Under the pieces are notes generated by a model. It was not told the DNA's origin. It saw only the letters and a program-made list of their open reading frames with translations, and searched no databases. DNA of 64,000 bases, taken from the NCBI RefSeq assembly GCF_009914755.1, contig NC_060931.1; one strand, written 5' to 3'. This document shows, piece after piece, positions 29,418 to 46,726 of this stretch; the first letter of the stretch is position 1, and each line of letters starts with the position of its first letter. Source of the DNA: the human T2T-CHM13v2.0 reference genome, Homo sapiens. Position numbers and translations under genes: made by a program.

Positions 29418-31323
29418 AATTTATTTAATGTCTAAACTTTATTATAGATAGGTAGATGAGAGAGAGAAAGAGAAAGATTCTTTCTAAAAACCATGATATG
29501 TCTTTTATTTTTATTTAAATGTTTACAAAAATAAAACAGTATATTTTAAGGTCTCCCTCCATCATTCTCCATCATTGTGATTTCTTAATAGACAGGAAAA
29601 TCAGACTCATTAAAGTATCAGAGGATGAAGAGTTCAAAATTATGTAATTTAACCACTGCACTTCACAGATTAGAAAACAAAAGTGCATATCATTGAAGCG
29701 ACTTGCTGCAGTGTGCATAGCCAGTCACTGGGTAATGCAAACTAGAAATCTGTTTTTCTGATTCAACGTCCAGAACAGTTTTTTACAATACCATAGTGTC
29801 TCTCATAAAATATTCTGCATGTATCTCCATAATTGATAAAATGTGGGCATACTTAACTAGAAGATTAAAATAGTAGCATATAAAACTTGATGACAAACTT
29901 TTAAAAATTCTTGTATAATAGTTTCTCTTACAATATTTTACAAATGGATGGGAGAGGCAAAGAGAGTTAATTTTCTAATGGGAAAAAGTAACATTTATTT
30001 GCATTAAAAAAAACAGAATCTGATCACTAAGCATTTAACACTTACATATGGTTTAAAGAATTACTTTAGTTTCATGTTGACTATTTAGAATGAAGTGCAT
30101 AAATTAAGGAGGAACATGCTACTACAGTATGCTATGAATTATGGTGCTGCCTATCCATGGAAGATAGGATTAATAGAAATCATTGTGATATTTTCTTTTT
30201 TACCTCTGTTACTCAAAAGAACTTTACAGAAGCACATGCCAAGCTTAAAAAGCAAAATAAAATATAAATTGAACCTCACCTAAAATATCAATTTATATGA
30301 CAAAAAAGAATTGTTTATATAGATATATAAATATACTGAAAATAAGAAATTTATTGACATAATAATACTGCTGAAGAATTGATCTTGATAAGCACCAAAA
30401 TTCAGGAAAGATAATAAATATGAATAAAAACAATATTTTGCAAATCCTGTAAGCATGATAAAATTAATTTCCAAAATAGGTCTAGGCTACCTTTATTTTT
30501 TGACACAAAGTCATCCTAAAGAGAGTATATCCAAGTTTATGCCAATTTTCTCTTCAAGGTCTGGAGAGAAGGTCTCCAAGAGGGTGAAGTGATAAAGTAG
30601 CAATGAAACCATGGAGATTATTGGTGTGATTCATTGCTTTCATTTCTTAAGGCACACTTTTCTCATCTCAAAACTATGGAAACTAATAAATATCTTGCAA
30701 AGTTGTGTTGAGTTTCACAAATAATATATGTAAACTGCCTGGTGCAGAAGAGGAATTTAATACATGCTAGCTAGTGTTATTAATGTGACTGGAGAACATA
30801 GGCTCAACATAGCATGGGAGACATCTCTGAAATGAAGGAGGAATAGAAGACACCACTGTGTTGCTGAGTTTGGCTCTATTAAACATCAACTTGGCAAGAA
30901 CAAATATTTTGTATAATGCAGCATTTTTTCCATGCAGGTGCAAATGCCTGATTTATGTATTTATAAATAAATCTGACTTTACACATGGTTAACTATGTAA
31001 AATGAGGCTTTTTTCCCAGGGGATATATGATCATGGTATACATACAGAGAAGAAAGCGGGACTGTTGAGAGCCAGTAACAATAGAAATTGTGGAAATGAT
31101 GATGTCAGGAAAAGCTTGAAATATTTGAAAATAAATTTTAAAAAAACATGCCTAAGCCCATGGTCATAGTTTACTTTTTAAGAAGTAAGTTTAAGAAGTA
31201 TTTATGTTGCTACAATCAACATAAATATGCAGAAAATAATGTTCTTCAAGCAATTATATAAATGAAAAGGAGTTTAAAACTCAAACTATAGGCAGTGTGC
31301 TATCATTTAAATAGCTATACTAG

Positions 31324-31622
<299 letters not shown>

Positions 31623-33048
31623 TCTGTACTGAAGAGATCAGTCAGTAATCATTGGGTAGTGGTTCAGTTATTCACTTGCTATGTGTGGGACCAGAGATAA
31701 AACACTAGACCTTAGTTTTATTAACAGTTATCTAGGTCAGTGTGTCTCTAATTCCCCTTTATTTTATTTTACTTTTTATTTTTATTTATTTATTTATGTA
31801 GGTAGGTGGTAAAGCCAAGAAATCCTTCCTTCAAAAGATAGCTTATTCACATGCCTACCACTTAAGACAGGCAAAACTCTATCTTCTCTGATTGAAGCAG
31901 AAATAATGGCCTGGAAATCCAGTCTTCCAGCTTCCACTTTGCTCTATACTCTATCTTTCTAATGATGTTAAGTGCATCATGGAACCTAATTTAAAAAATC
32001 TTTCAAGAGTCTTTTGATAGTAAGAAATATTCTGGTCAAATGGTTTATTTAGAGTGTTCCACTTTCCTCAAGAAGTTATCTCCCCTTTTGGTTATTAAAA
32101 ACAGGATAATTACTCCCTCCAATTTATTTATAAAATAACAATTTGATATGAGTCATTTACAGTTGTTCTTCTGAAAATACAGCATAGTTAAAAGTAAATA
32201 ACAATGAGTTTTAAGCTACAAAATCTGGTTTGGTTCTGCTTGCCTCCATTTACAATATAGGTGACCTTGATCAAACCATTTAACTTCTCTGAGCCTCAGC
32301 TTTTTCAAGTATCTAATGAATACAATGATCTCTACTTACTTCAAAAACTTGTTGTGAACTTTCAATAAGATAAACATATCAAAGTGTTTGTAATATTTAC
32401 CTCATTCACGTTCTTTACCACAGCCCTCATTCTTGCAGGTTCAGGTTATAAATTTTTGTTTAATATACAACTTAATTACAGATTTACTTCTCAATTTAAC
32501 TTTTTAAGAAGTAACTATATTTTTCATAGAATACCAACCTATAGAGTCATCATTAACTATTGCAGAATTTTACATTTGCAATAATAATTATATACTTGGA
32601 CTACTGATAAAATTTCAACAATGACAGACATACATTCTTTCAGTCCAAGGGAAGAAAATACTCAGAAATGAATAATACATCTAAATGACACAGCTTGTTC
32701 CTTTTAGTGGCATCAGTATGGCAATAAGACTTCTTAGGAACCCAATAACTTTTCATACACATGCTCAGGAACACTAAAAATGATATGGAAATAGACATTC
32801 ACCTTTCTGGCTTTCCAAAGGCCAGGGCTGAGGCCAAAGCCAATAAGCAGATTTTGGACAAATCCAAGGACTGAAGGTGAACTTTGGTGCATCCTTAAAT
32901 ATATTTAATCCCCATGAGTTCTTTCTTGTTTTCTATTTGCTCATCTCTTTATTTTGTCTTATTCGTGTTTTGTGGACATGATTGTCTTTTCAAATATCTT
33001 CAAGAGTATTCAGTAAAAACTTATTAAAGTCTGATTCTGTGTTGCAGG

Positions 33049-33221
33049 CAGGGACTGCTTTACGTGTGTGCAACCTGTGGGTTCTCACAGGGCCCCATGA
33101 TGGGAAGGAGCAGTTCTTGGTTTAATGCTCTACTGTGGCCATCTTGAAAATTTTACTAATTTTAGAAGGGTCTCATGTTATTATTTTTCACTGGGCCCCA
33201 CAGATTTTGTGGCCATTCCTG
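33049..33221 (+). mobile_element. MER91A-like hAT MITE
   Basis: CAGG...CCTG ends with CACAGGGCCCC...TTGGTTTAATGCTCT...CACTGGGCCCCAC internal pattern. Confidence 0.6.
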
Positions 33222-33801
33222 TTCTAAGTGCACTACTCCTTCCTGGGCCAATTTTGTTTTCTTCTTTTCATTGTTTACCTTGTTCTCTCATTTTGATGTT
33301 GATTCTTCCCCGCAACTCTTTAGTCATCTTTGGTTGCCCACTCATTTTCTAAGAGTGACACAATAAAAAAGGCTCTTGGAATACCTGTGTTTACAGGGAG
33401 AGTTTTGCCTTAAAATGCTAGTTAGAGAACCTTGCCCTCCCTCCAGGGACTTGAAGCTTGCTCCTGCAACATTCAATTTCTCCACAGAACAAATTTCTAA
33501 TTAACAGTCATATTGATACAATCGCCTTTCAAGTTAGGGTCACTCCAAGGTACAGATGAAAACAGACCTTACTTTATCTTCCCTGCATATAACAGAATAT
33601 ATCTATATAAAATTTTTTCCAGAAAATCCATTTTCTACAATAACCCACCTGCTATTTTATCATCACACATGTAAAAATGATTTATTTCAAGAATTAAGCA
33701 ATATAAAGTGTTAAGGTTGAGTTAGTGAAAGAAATGTTATTTTGAGTAGCTGAAGGAAAGCCACTTTATAAATAAGATGGTTCAGGCAAAAAAAATTATG
33801 A

Positions 33802-34196
<395 letters not shown>

Positions 34197-34574
34197 CCCT
34201 CTGCATATTTTTAATGACAGAAATAACAGGTGCATTGAGAAAAGTAGTGGATATACAGACAAGGCTAGAGATGCTGAGAAAAGTAAAATCACGTCTCACT
34301 TTTACCTGTCTTACTTTTACCCATTTCATATTCAAAGTGTTTGTTAGTATTTTAAAATTTGGAAAATATCCGATAAATGCAAGTTTTCCAGCACTCAGTA
34401 ATTCCTTGCTTGAAAGGGCTCAAAATATTAAAAGTTCAGGATACACCCACAATGCACATGACAGAGATACAATTTAAAATTGTAGCAAAATAATATATGA
34501 GCTATTATGGATATCACTGCATATAAAGAAAGACCATATTTCCTAGTTTAGTCCTTCAATACATATTTCCATTG

Positions 34575-34725
34575 AGTATAATATATATATAATGTACATA
34601 TAATATATATAATGTATGCATTGAGTTTGTATATACAGATGTATACATATATGTATACATATATGTGTATATATACGTATATACGTATATACATATGTGT
34701 ATACATATATGTAACTATATATACA
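34575..34725. repeat. Degenerate (TA)/(TACA)n low-complexity tract
   Basis: Alternating TATA/TACA/TATG units. Confidence 0.8.
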
Positions 34726-37700
34726 TAGCTTTTTTTTCTGAGAAGAGGGAAAGAAGACTCAGGGTTATTATCGAATTCTAATTCTCTCATGGATCTGAAA
34801 CTCAGTAAAGTTAAAAATATTGGTTCTTTTTAGGAAATTAAGAACACAAAGCACTGACAGAAATTGGGATATAGCAGAGGGATACATTTTTCAATTTATT
34901 ACTGTCACTACTCATATAATTTCATTTTCATCTTCAAGAAAAATATAAAAGACATTTAAGATTTGGAGATATATAAGTTCAATCAATTGATAGCTTTTGC
35001 TATTATCTGGCCATGATTCTCAGCCAGAAATATCCCACAGATGTCAAGGAGTCTGTGTGTTCTTTTAAAATAAGGCTATTTTTAAGATTACACATCACAT
35101 TTACAGCTAGAGAATGCTACTGGCAGGCGTTAAAAGCAAAAAGAGATTTTTGCTTTGAATGCCTCAATATTTAAATTTTAATAAAATTATTGGCAATTTT
35201 AATTTTTTATATTTTAAGATACACACATAGTATACAATAATAAATTACCTATGTAGACAAGAAAGATCTATTTATCAAAAGTTCTAGAGGAAGCAACTTC
35301 AAACTCTTTTTTAAAACCTTTTTTATTTTTTCCTAACATGATACTGACCTTCATCTACAGCTTCACTTATTTGGCTATTTTTAAACACAAAAATAATACT
35401 AGAGACCTTTTCTGATAATATACTTAAGATGTATTTTCAGAATATGTTTGATTGCATATGCAGAGTATTCAGCGAGCTCTAATTTTACATTTATATTTCT
35501 AAGAAGCAGCTGTATGAGGATATGTTCCGCATCTGTTTTGAGACAGCTCTTAACAGCGTTTGTAGAAATTAAGAACACAATCCCTGAAGTCAGATTTGAA
35601 TCCTGCCAGGTTCCATCACAGACCATCTAGGTGACCTTGGCAGTTTACGTATTACGATTATAATTATGAGTTAGTGTACTCTCTTCTTTGGGAGGTTGTG
35701 AGGATTAACAAATGTGAAGTACCTAACATGGTGCCTGGCACATGGTAAGACTCAGTAAGTGTCAGATAAGATACCTCTACTGTTGTTGCTGTTGCCACCT
35801 CTACTGGGCATTGATCCTGTTTAGATTGGTTGCCCAGCAATTCATTTCCTCACTTTCAATAGCACGCTGGCTTCCTTTCGGGGTAATTGTCATTCCCCAC
35901 TCTGTGTAACGCTGCTGGGATTGTGAATTCAGGTGCCTGGTTTCCCACTAAGGAAGCCCGTGGGGTCCCTAGAAAAGTCCTACATCAAAAGCTTCCTCTC
36001 ACTGTCCCATACAGGTCAGAGGTATGAATGTCCCCTAAGCTCACTGAGCTACCCTCTCACAGGAGTTTTAATTCTGAGCATCACACAGATAGGGAACCAT
36101 TTTTAAAAACAGTTGTTCTTTTGTTTTATCAGGAGTGGCTCTTTGTATCTCTCTCTCACTGAAGGTGATAGGTTTACCCTCTCCACCTTCTCCTTCCTCC
36201 TCTACTCTGGCCTGGGGTTAGGGGTAAGGAGGAGAGAAGGTAAGACTCCCAATTACAGTGTTTCAATGTTTTCTGAAAAATTCTGTCTGGTGCAATGATA
36301 TCTACTCTTATCAGATTATTACATTTTACTCTTATTTCAGTTCAATATTTCCTATCCCTTAAGCATAGTCAATTTGCTTAATTACATTTGTCTTGACCAA
36401 ATAAGTCTACATGGACCTGGCCATTGACAGGTGAGAAGGGGTGGGAGGAGTTGATGGCAATAGAAGGAAAGCAGTTGGGTATCTCAAGTGCCTGCTACAA
36501 GTAAATAGTTGTAAAAGCAAGGACAATGGGAAAGTCAGACTTATTCATGAGAGTGCTAGTGCCTGGGAGAAACTGTTAAACTCTTTCTGCTATTGAGAAA
36601 CAAGTCACCTTATTATAGTCACAGATAAAAACACAGCAGAAAAGTGGGACTTATTGAATAGCTATCCCCTGGGAGAGGCTGTCAGACTGTTTCAGCTACT
36701 GAGACTCTAAAACAGCCTGGTTCCTCTTGGGTCCAAGCTGGTTCTTCAACCTATCCTTTGACTCTCTGTAAGTTCTCTCATATCTTTCATCACTTAAGTT
36801 TTCCAGGTTGAATTCTGTTGTTTAAAACTGAAGACTTACCAAATCACTGCTTTACAGTGAGGTGTATAAGATAAATTCCTCCTAAAAATTAGTGCTAGAA
36901 GATTTGTTTTCCTGGCATTCTGTTATGTTTTGCATGAGATCATTTATTCTATTTCTCATTTTGTGCTTTTTCTTCTTGGAAGTTTAGGGCTAGAATTAGT
37001 TCACAACTACAGTAGCTATCTTTAAGCATGTATTTTGAAAAAAAAACACCATATTTTTTCTCCCTTTAGTACTTCTTTAACTTTATTTTAATTTTTGATT
37101 ATGTATTTATCTTTTGTCACAAGTTCCTTATTTTATGCTTAAATGGATGAATAAAAGAATCCAAAACTTAATAAAAACCAATTAAAGATAAAGATGGCAC
37201 ATTTAAAAATTTCAGACTATTAAAGTGTCCATCCATTCTGCTATTCACCTACACATATACAAAAATGAATTACCTATGAAGTATACATTTTTATTCAATG
37301 TGACAAATTCATCTTTAAGTTTCTTTTATCAGATTTCTTTTAAATCTGATATTTGCATGTATTATAGGCATGAAGCTTTAGTAAGGCAGATTATCATGAA
37401 AATGTACACGACTCTACTTTTCCTTCTGATATTTAATGTCATTGAACGCTTTTCTTTAAACTCTTCAGTGACACTCACTAATGATTAATGACCCACTGAC
37501 TCGTGCTGCCTTATAACATGAAAGTCACCGCAATGCCTTTTCCCTAGAGAGCAATTATTCTATGGAACAATATCCCTTACCTGGTGCATTGAAGTCCCAA
37601 AGGTTGGCTGTTAAACTTGCAGTTGTAATTCGTGAAAAAGTCCAGAATGCCAAGTTTTGAACTGCTGGGGATTTTATGCACAGTTTCATTTTACTAGAAA

Positions 37701-38599
37701 CAACTTGTTTCTTTTCTGCCTTTCCTTGCAAAGATTTTGAATAAGTAGCTGAAAAGGCAGAAACTTGAAATAGAAGTTTTCATATTTAAACCCAAAGTTA
37801 CCTAACTGAAACCTGTGTATCTTCTAGCTTCTTGATGTGTGAAATTATACTGCTGACTTGGAAATGTAGACATTTGGGTGTTTGTATGTATTCAGATGAT
37901 CATCTATTTTGATATCCCAATGAGGTAAAATGATTAGAAAAAAGGAGAAAACACAGGCCTCAGAGTTACATTTCAAAGTAGTAGAGAATTTCAATACATA
38001 ATACAATTGTGCATATGAATCTCTGGGCCTTGAAGTAAAGGAGTCTTTCTGAACACTTCTCTTATCTGCAGAATATTTGGAATATTTCACTCAGCATGTA
38101 CGCAAATAAAGCTACCATCATTAGACGTGTAAAGTCTAAAGAAGTCACTTACCTCCTTGAGGTATTTGATATTGAGGGAGACCTTGCCAGCTTTTCCTGT
38201 GCTTATAAAAAATGATAACACCTGTTCAGTGTGAATTAGTCAATTAGGAAAAATATTGCTTTTATGTGCCTTCAGCTATTTTAATGCTATGAATGGTACA
38301 AGTAATATTAGTCTTACACAGTAAGTATTTATGGCCTTTTTGGTAAGAAAAACATATCATATTTATTAGAGCACAGTAAAGGATTAGAGCCTATGATATT
38401 GATGAAAATCATATGATTCAGAAAATGGAGAAATTATTATTAACTTGCTTGATCATAGAATATGTGGGACAAGTATTTTGAGCTGAGCCTCCAATTACAG
38501 TTAAAGTTTGAAAGAAAGGAAAAGAAGGAAGAAGGAAGGCAGGAAGAGAGAATAAGACAAACTTTTGAAGTAGAAATAACATGACTTGTGTAGGATAGT

Positions 38600-39090
38600 G
38601 GATGGAAAATGGCCTCTCTCAAGCTTAAATGTTGGACTATCTTAGAAAGTAGACGTAGATTAGAAAGACCCAGACATCCCAGAAGAAGTGTTTGGACTAG
38701 CTAGGGGCTGTGAATATTGACAGGCCACTGATCTGAGGCCAGAGTGGTGGATGATGGAGTGTAGGCAAGGGAGTCATCCTAAAGGCTTTTTTAGTAATTT
38801 ACTTCTAAGGCGATGAAAGCACGGAGTAGTGAGGTAGCTGCGGGAAGGAAGCAGGGGAGGAGAAGATGAAGGAATGATAACGCTTGGGGACAGATCATAA
38901 TTAGATGATGAAGGAATAGAAAGAATAAAAGATGGCTCCAAATTTTCTAGTCTCATCCAGATGACTAGAAGAATAATAGCACCTGTGAGAGACACGATGC
39001 ACTTAAAACTTGATAAATTGAATGTGGTGGAAAGAAAGTTCAGTGGTAGCACCCTACAAGCAACTGGACTCAGGAGAAATGCTCAAAGAT
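38600..39090. mobile_element. L2 relic
   Basis: Diverged purine-rich L2-like sequence (AAAGATGGCTCCAAATTTTCTAGTCT...); boundaries approximate. Confidence 0.45.
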
Positions 39091-39949
39091 CCAAGCCATA
39101 TATTATGTATGTGTAACTATATACATACATGTATATTATATATGTGTAAATATAATAGAATTATATACATGTATGTGTATATATACACATATATATAATT
39201 CATGGATGAGTGTCATAGGAATAAATAAACAGGAAACTGGGAGACCTAAGATAATTTCAGTTTTGATATAAGTAAAATAAAATGCTATATTCAGAAATGT
39301 CATTTATTTAAACTTCACATCTAAGTAATCCCAGATAAGTGCCCTTCAGTCTCCTCATCCGTAAGCTGGAAATAATAACCATGGCATTTCCCAACTCAAA
39401 AAAAGTATCTAAACTTTTTATCCTAAATATGCATTGTACTTATGTTTTTAAAAATGCTTGTTTAGTGAATCAGTCAGTAAGTAAAAAATGTTTCTGTGTT
39501 TGCATTTTGTATTATCTCTTATGATATAAAGATATACATGCAATATATAGAAAAATATATTTAATATAAAACATTGCAGTTTCTAAGTGGTATGCACATT
39601 TACATTTGTTACTTATTGCTAACTACCTCGACTAGCCAGCTATGAGGCCTCTGTAGAGTTTTTACTTATCTTACCCTCTATTTTATCCTACTGAAATCTA
39701 ACATGTCTACTGCAACTCACCACCATTTCCTCCCACTTCTGTCACCCTGGAAGCCCGTGGGGAGCAGTGGAACACAGAGACAGGGACATGTGAAGAAGGG
39801 AAATGACTGAGAAGGGTGTACACTGCTACCCAGATCCCATTAGGCTATTAGCAACCAAGTACCCACCAAGCCTCCCGCTGCAATAGAGAGGATGTAGAAT
39901 GAAAGAAAGAGAAGGAAGAAGCAAAGAGGAAAATTAAGAAGTTAGTAAC

Positions 39950-40183
<234 letters not shown>

Positions 40184-41135
40184 TCATGGGAGAAAAAGAG
40201 AACAAGTCCTTTTCAATCCTCAAGGAGTGTCCTAGAGTCATTCTTTATCACTTTAGCACTTCACTCCTATTTCTGAATCCCTAACAGCTGATACTAGAAT
40301 TCTGCTCTGTCTCCTCTACCCTCCACCTAAAGTTCTTGCTTTGCATAAACTTCAGGTCCAGGGTATTGAAGGCAGTGCTGCCAGTCCAGAGTTGGGGACG
40401 GTTCTTTTTTATCATCATCTATTATGGTCTAGCAGGACACAAAGAAGTGGAACACAGGGAGACCCTTTGTCAATCAAACAATCAATCAATCAGTGGAACA
40501 ATGAGAAACAGGAGCAAGAGAGATGGTTTTCTGCCCCTCACACTATTGTGTGATCTTCCTGGACTTCACAGGCCATGACTCTGAAAGAAATTGATCTCAC
40601 TGAAAATGTAAAGATTTTGTTGTTCATTTCTTCTTCTTTCACTACATATGATGCATTTTCAAAAATTTTCAGCACTTAAACCTTGGGAATTATATTTTAC
40701 ATTGTTCTAGTCACAATGTGCTTATAATTTTTTAAATCTTTAGACTAGACCCAGTCATTGATATTTTCTGTTTCCTTCATTTTTAAAATTAAATATTAAA
40801 AATCTGCTCTATAATTCTGTGTGGAAGAAAGCCTTGAATCAAAAGGAAATATATTCACAGCTCATGTGAAGACAATATATATATATACATATGTATGTTG
40901 ATATATATATTCTTGTCCCAACTCTGCCACAATGGCCTTGGGCAAATCAGATTTATTTTGTTCTTTTTAAAGTGTATGCCATCTCTGAAATTCAGTTGCC
41001 TCAGTGTAAACTGGGGATAACATTTATCTTACTGGGCTCTTCTGATCTTTAAATTAGGTAATGTATTTGATAACTATTATTATTAGGTGATAGCTTTTAA
41101 ATTTTACCTTCTTTTCCCTTTTAATGAAAGAATCA

Positions 41136-41537
<402 letters not shown>

Positions 41538-41574
41538 TTACGAATTAAATATTATTTAATTCAGAAACTCCTGA

Positions 41575-41907
<333 letters not shown>

Positions 41908-42251
41908 TAAAAATGTTTTTGAGAAGAGAAAAAGGGACTTTAAGCCAAAATACAGCTGGATAAAAATAGATTAAATAGATGTTTATATCTTCAAATGAGT
42001 GGAAAGATGTTGCCATGTTCTTGCACAATAAGGCAGTAAAATCACTACTGTCCCTGATCCACTGTCCACTTGCTAAAGGTAGAACTTTTGTTGTTGCCAC
42101 CTGCTGTGTATTTACGTAGCATTTTAGTCCCATCGTTAGGACAGCATCAGAGAAACAGATGCATAGGGAAATACCCAGGTGCCTGCTTCTGGGTATAAGA
42201 AAAAACAACTAGATTGATGTAATGCTGTCACAAATACATATTTTATATAAA

Positions 42252-42303
42252 TTGTACATATTTTAAATAAATTTACATGTTGTACATATTTTAAATAAAT
42301 TTA
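42252..42303. repeat. Short tandem duplication (24-bp unit, period 28)
   Basis: TTGTACATATTTTAAATAAATTTA at 42252-42275 and 42280-42303. Confidence 0.85.
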
Positions 42304-42329
42304 GCTTTTTGTTGATTATTAAAATCACG

Positions 42330-42455
42330 AGCTGGATACAGTGGTATATGCCTATAGTACCAGCTACTTGGGATGCATGGCAAAGGATTGGTTTAGCCCA
42401 GACATTTAAGACCATAGCAAGACCCTGTCTCTAAAAAAAAAAATAAAAATAAAGA
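42330..42455 (+). mobile_element. Alu monomer (FLAM-like), diverged
   Basis: GCTGGATACAGTGGTATATGCCTATAGTACCAGCTACTTGGGA...GCAAGACCCTGTCTCT(A)n. Confidence 0.7.
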
Positions 42456-42485
42456 TTAAAAATAGACATTTAGTTCATCAATGCT

Positions 42486-42873
42486 AGACTGGATAAAGAA
42501 AATGTGGTACATATACACCATGGAATACTATGCAGCCATAAAAAAGAACAAGATCATGTCATTTGCAGGGAGCTGGAGACAATTATCCTTAACCAACTAA
42601 CACAGAAACAGAAACCCAAATACCACATGTTCTTACTTATAAGTGGGAGCTAAATGATGAGAACACATGGACACCTAGAGGGGAACAACACACAGTGGGG
42701 CCTTTCAGAGGGTGGAAGGTAGGAGGAGGGAGAAGATCAGGAAAAACAACTAATGGGTAGTAGACTTAATACCTGGACGATGAAGTAATCTACAACAAAC
42801 CCCCATGATACACATTTACTTATGTAACAAACCTGTACTTATACACCTGAGCTTAAAATAAAAGTTAAAAAAA
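42486..42873 (+). mobile_element. L1 3' end (L1PA13-16-like)
   Basis: GACTGGATAAAGAAAATGTGGTACATATACACCATGG...CTTAAAATAAAAGTTAAAAAA. Confidence 0.85.
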
Positions 42874-43153
42874 GTCTTTTAAAATAAAAATGTAAAATTG
42901 AAAGATTAAGGAAAAATTGACATTTACATTTTTAAATTTATAACATAAAGTAGTTCAATACCAGTCATTTTAAAAATTTACATTTTACATGTTAAATATG
43001 TTTTTCAGTTCTCTCACTATATCTTAATAGATTTGGGTACTATATTCATTTTATGCACAGATGAATTATAAATTGCAGTTTTATTCAATTAAAATTTAAA
43101 CATTTTAGTAATGAAGCAACATAATATTAATATATCTGTATTTTCCGTTTTAA

Positions 43154-43495
<342 letters not shown>

Positions 43496-45389
43496 CAATT
43501 TTTTTATATCTATAATCTTTATACAGATATTTCTATATTCAATAAACAAGATATATAGTTACATGTTTATTCCTCTGGAAGTTAGTAATATCATTTTTGT
43601 CTATTCATTCACATCTTTAGGGAAACAAAGTCATGTTTGTGTTATAATTTCTATCATAAAATATATTGTACCAATTGTTCACAAGCATCCTACTATATTC
43701 TCTGGCTACCAATGAGCTCGAAGGGAAAAGATTCGATTTCTTCTGTTCCAGAATTTTGCATATAGAACTCTTTTTCTAAAATATTGATTAATTTCAGAGG
43801 CTTAGTCTTAGCCCTGTTCAGAGGTAAAATTAAAAGTATATAAACACCAGACTAAGGAAGAGTTAGTCAAATATCAGCCGAATTCGTAGAGCATCACTTA
43901 GTTTCCCTTTGCTTCGTTCTGTGAAATAGGATTGTTAGGAGCAAGGAGGCAGCTCATGGGAAGACAACACATGACCTAGTGAGACAGTGTTAAGCACCCA
44001 GATGAGGCTTGGCACTGCCCTGGAAACTGGCGGTTGAGGGCATGAGCATGCGTGCATGAAAACACACAGGTACACAGCCACCCACACCCCCACCCCCGCC
44101 CCGACACTTTCCTTCTAAGTGCTGAGAGATGCTATAGCACTGCTCAGAAAAATCCTCTCTGTATTTTCTTCTAATGAAATCATAGTTTATAAATACACCA
44201 AGGTGCACATTAACATGAAAAGCAATAGAGTTAAATTATTTTTCTCTTTGGTCCTCCTGTACCTCACTTCATCAAACTGCAGACCCTCAGGACAGTGAGA
44301 CAGAGACAAGGTTTACTCTCTACACTTGATTGCCAAGTGGACCAGAGGCATCATTTCAGCTTCCTATCAGCTGGTTTATAACAACCTCCACTCAGGTCTC
44401 ACTTAGAAGAGAACACAGATCCGAGGGAAAGTCATTCTGTTTGGGACATTTTCCAAAACATATTAAACTGAACATTAGAGAAAGTTGTAAAGAGAAAAAT
44501 TATAGAGACCCAGCTTGAATGCCTCTTTGCTACGCTGCTTTGGGGTTACTGGCAGCCTGCCGGAAGGTACCTTATGTGCTCATGAGAGAGGCCTTCTTAG
44601 ACGGTTTAAAAACGGCTTCATCTAGACCCAGAATGAGATAATATAAGACTGAGACTTGACTCCCTCAGAAATGAACATTGGGTGGGGGAAGTGTAGCTTC
44701 ATATGTCATCATACCAGAAATACTGAAGTTCGTTTAGGGAACTTAGAAAGGGTTTATGACAAAAATATATTTACAATGGCATAATCTTCACATTTTCATA
44801 CTTTCTAAAGTTAGTTTTGCCATGCTGAAAAGAGTCCGGTTTTAACTAAGACCAGAGCAATGACACTTTGCAGATGAAAAGAGAAGCAAGTGATACTGTC
44901 CTTAGATTAATCCTGTTTCTCAGAGATTCAGAAGGGAAGATATGCTAGGAGGCATGCCCACAGTGGTTTAAGATGCTGACCTTACCCCACCAGTCTATAC
45001 AGATCATGTGATCCACCCAGAGTCTTGTGCTCACATGTGGACTGCTTGCTGATACAGCAGGATTATTTTTAAGTATTATTTGATGGTCTTGAGTCTTTTG
45101 TTGGGAAAAAAATAAAAGAGTGAGATGGAGAATTCCTCTTTTATCATAAGTAAGGGTATGCATTTCTGGAAGCTCTGACCAGATCACCAAGACCTGAGGC
45201 AGTGAAGCTAACCATCTGGAATAAAGTTCCACTTAGCCATCTGCAAGCCACTTAACAAAGACTATTTTAGGCACAAAGTAGCAGCAAATTCTGTAATTTT
45301 CATCCAAGAGCCTGCATTTCTGAAATTTCCTCACAATATTTTATAAAGGAAATCAGTCACTGAATGAGTGGGTCTACCCTGTGTCTCTA

Positions 45390-45746
<357 letters not shown>

Positions 45747-46404
45747 CTACACATACACACCCACACACACATATAGGACATGGAGCCATTATGAAATGAA
45801 AACAGCTAAGGTGAGACTGGGTTCGGCCAGCTACGTGACTTCTAAGAGGCATCACAATTTGACAGGTCTTTTGGGGAGTTCATAATTGAGAAGTACAGAA
45901 ACTTTATCTGGTCAACACACCATAAGTGGTCTGTAGAAATAGATGCATCTAGCTCAAAGTAAACACTAAATTAGCCATAATGGCAATGATCAATTTACAA
46001 CAAAAATGCAGTTGCATTTGAGACTGAAAACATCACCCCATGGGACCAGCTCATTTTCTTTCTGTTGTGGACTGGCATGGGGATGCAAATCATAACTTGA
46101 AGTGATAAGCACAAAATCAGCATGGGAAGAATTCCATATATCATCTGAACAAGTATACAAATCTGGATCACCAAGGAGTGTACTAAAAATAGATTATCTA
46201 GCCACACCCTGTAGATTCTGAGTGGGGCCTAGGAATTGTATTTTAAAAGCACCTCAAACAAACCATTGACATCAGTTTTGAATTGGGGAATGACTGAAAG
46301 CTTATCCATTGTGCCAACATCACTCTAGGACAATCAAATATGCCATCTGCACTTTAGAGATATGCCAGCCCTCTGACTAAACAGTTCATATTCTTATCTC
46401 CTGC

Positions 46405-46601
46405 CGCCTCATGCCTCTGCCTCCCAAGTAGGTGGAACTACAGGCACATGCCACCAAGCATGACTAATTTTTGTATTTTTTATAGAGATGGGGTTTCACC
46501 ATGCTGCCCAGGCTGGTCTCAAACTCTCTGGGCTCAAGTGATCTACCTGCCTCAGCCTCCCAAAGTGCTGGGATCACAAGCATGAGCCATCACACCTAGC
46601 C
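46405..46601 (-). mobile_element. AluJ-like lacking its 3' end and tail
   Basis: Left arm, linker and about half of the right arm; no poly(A). Confidence 0.82.
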
Positions 46602-46726
46602 ACATGTTAATTTTTATTAGGAAAATACACACGTATGATAAAGAGAAAATGACTAATAAATATTGAAGAAACTATGCTCGTAACTCACCACAGACAATAG
46701 AGAGTTTTTAAAAAATGTAAATTTCT

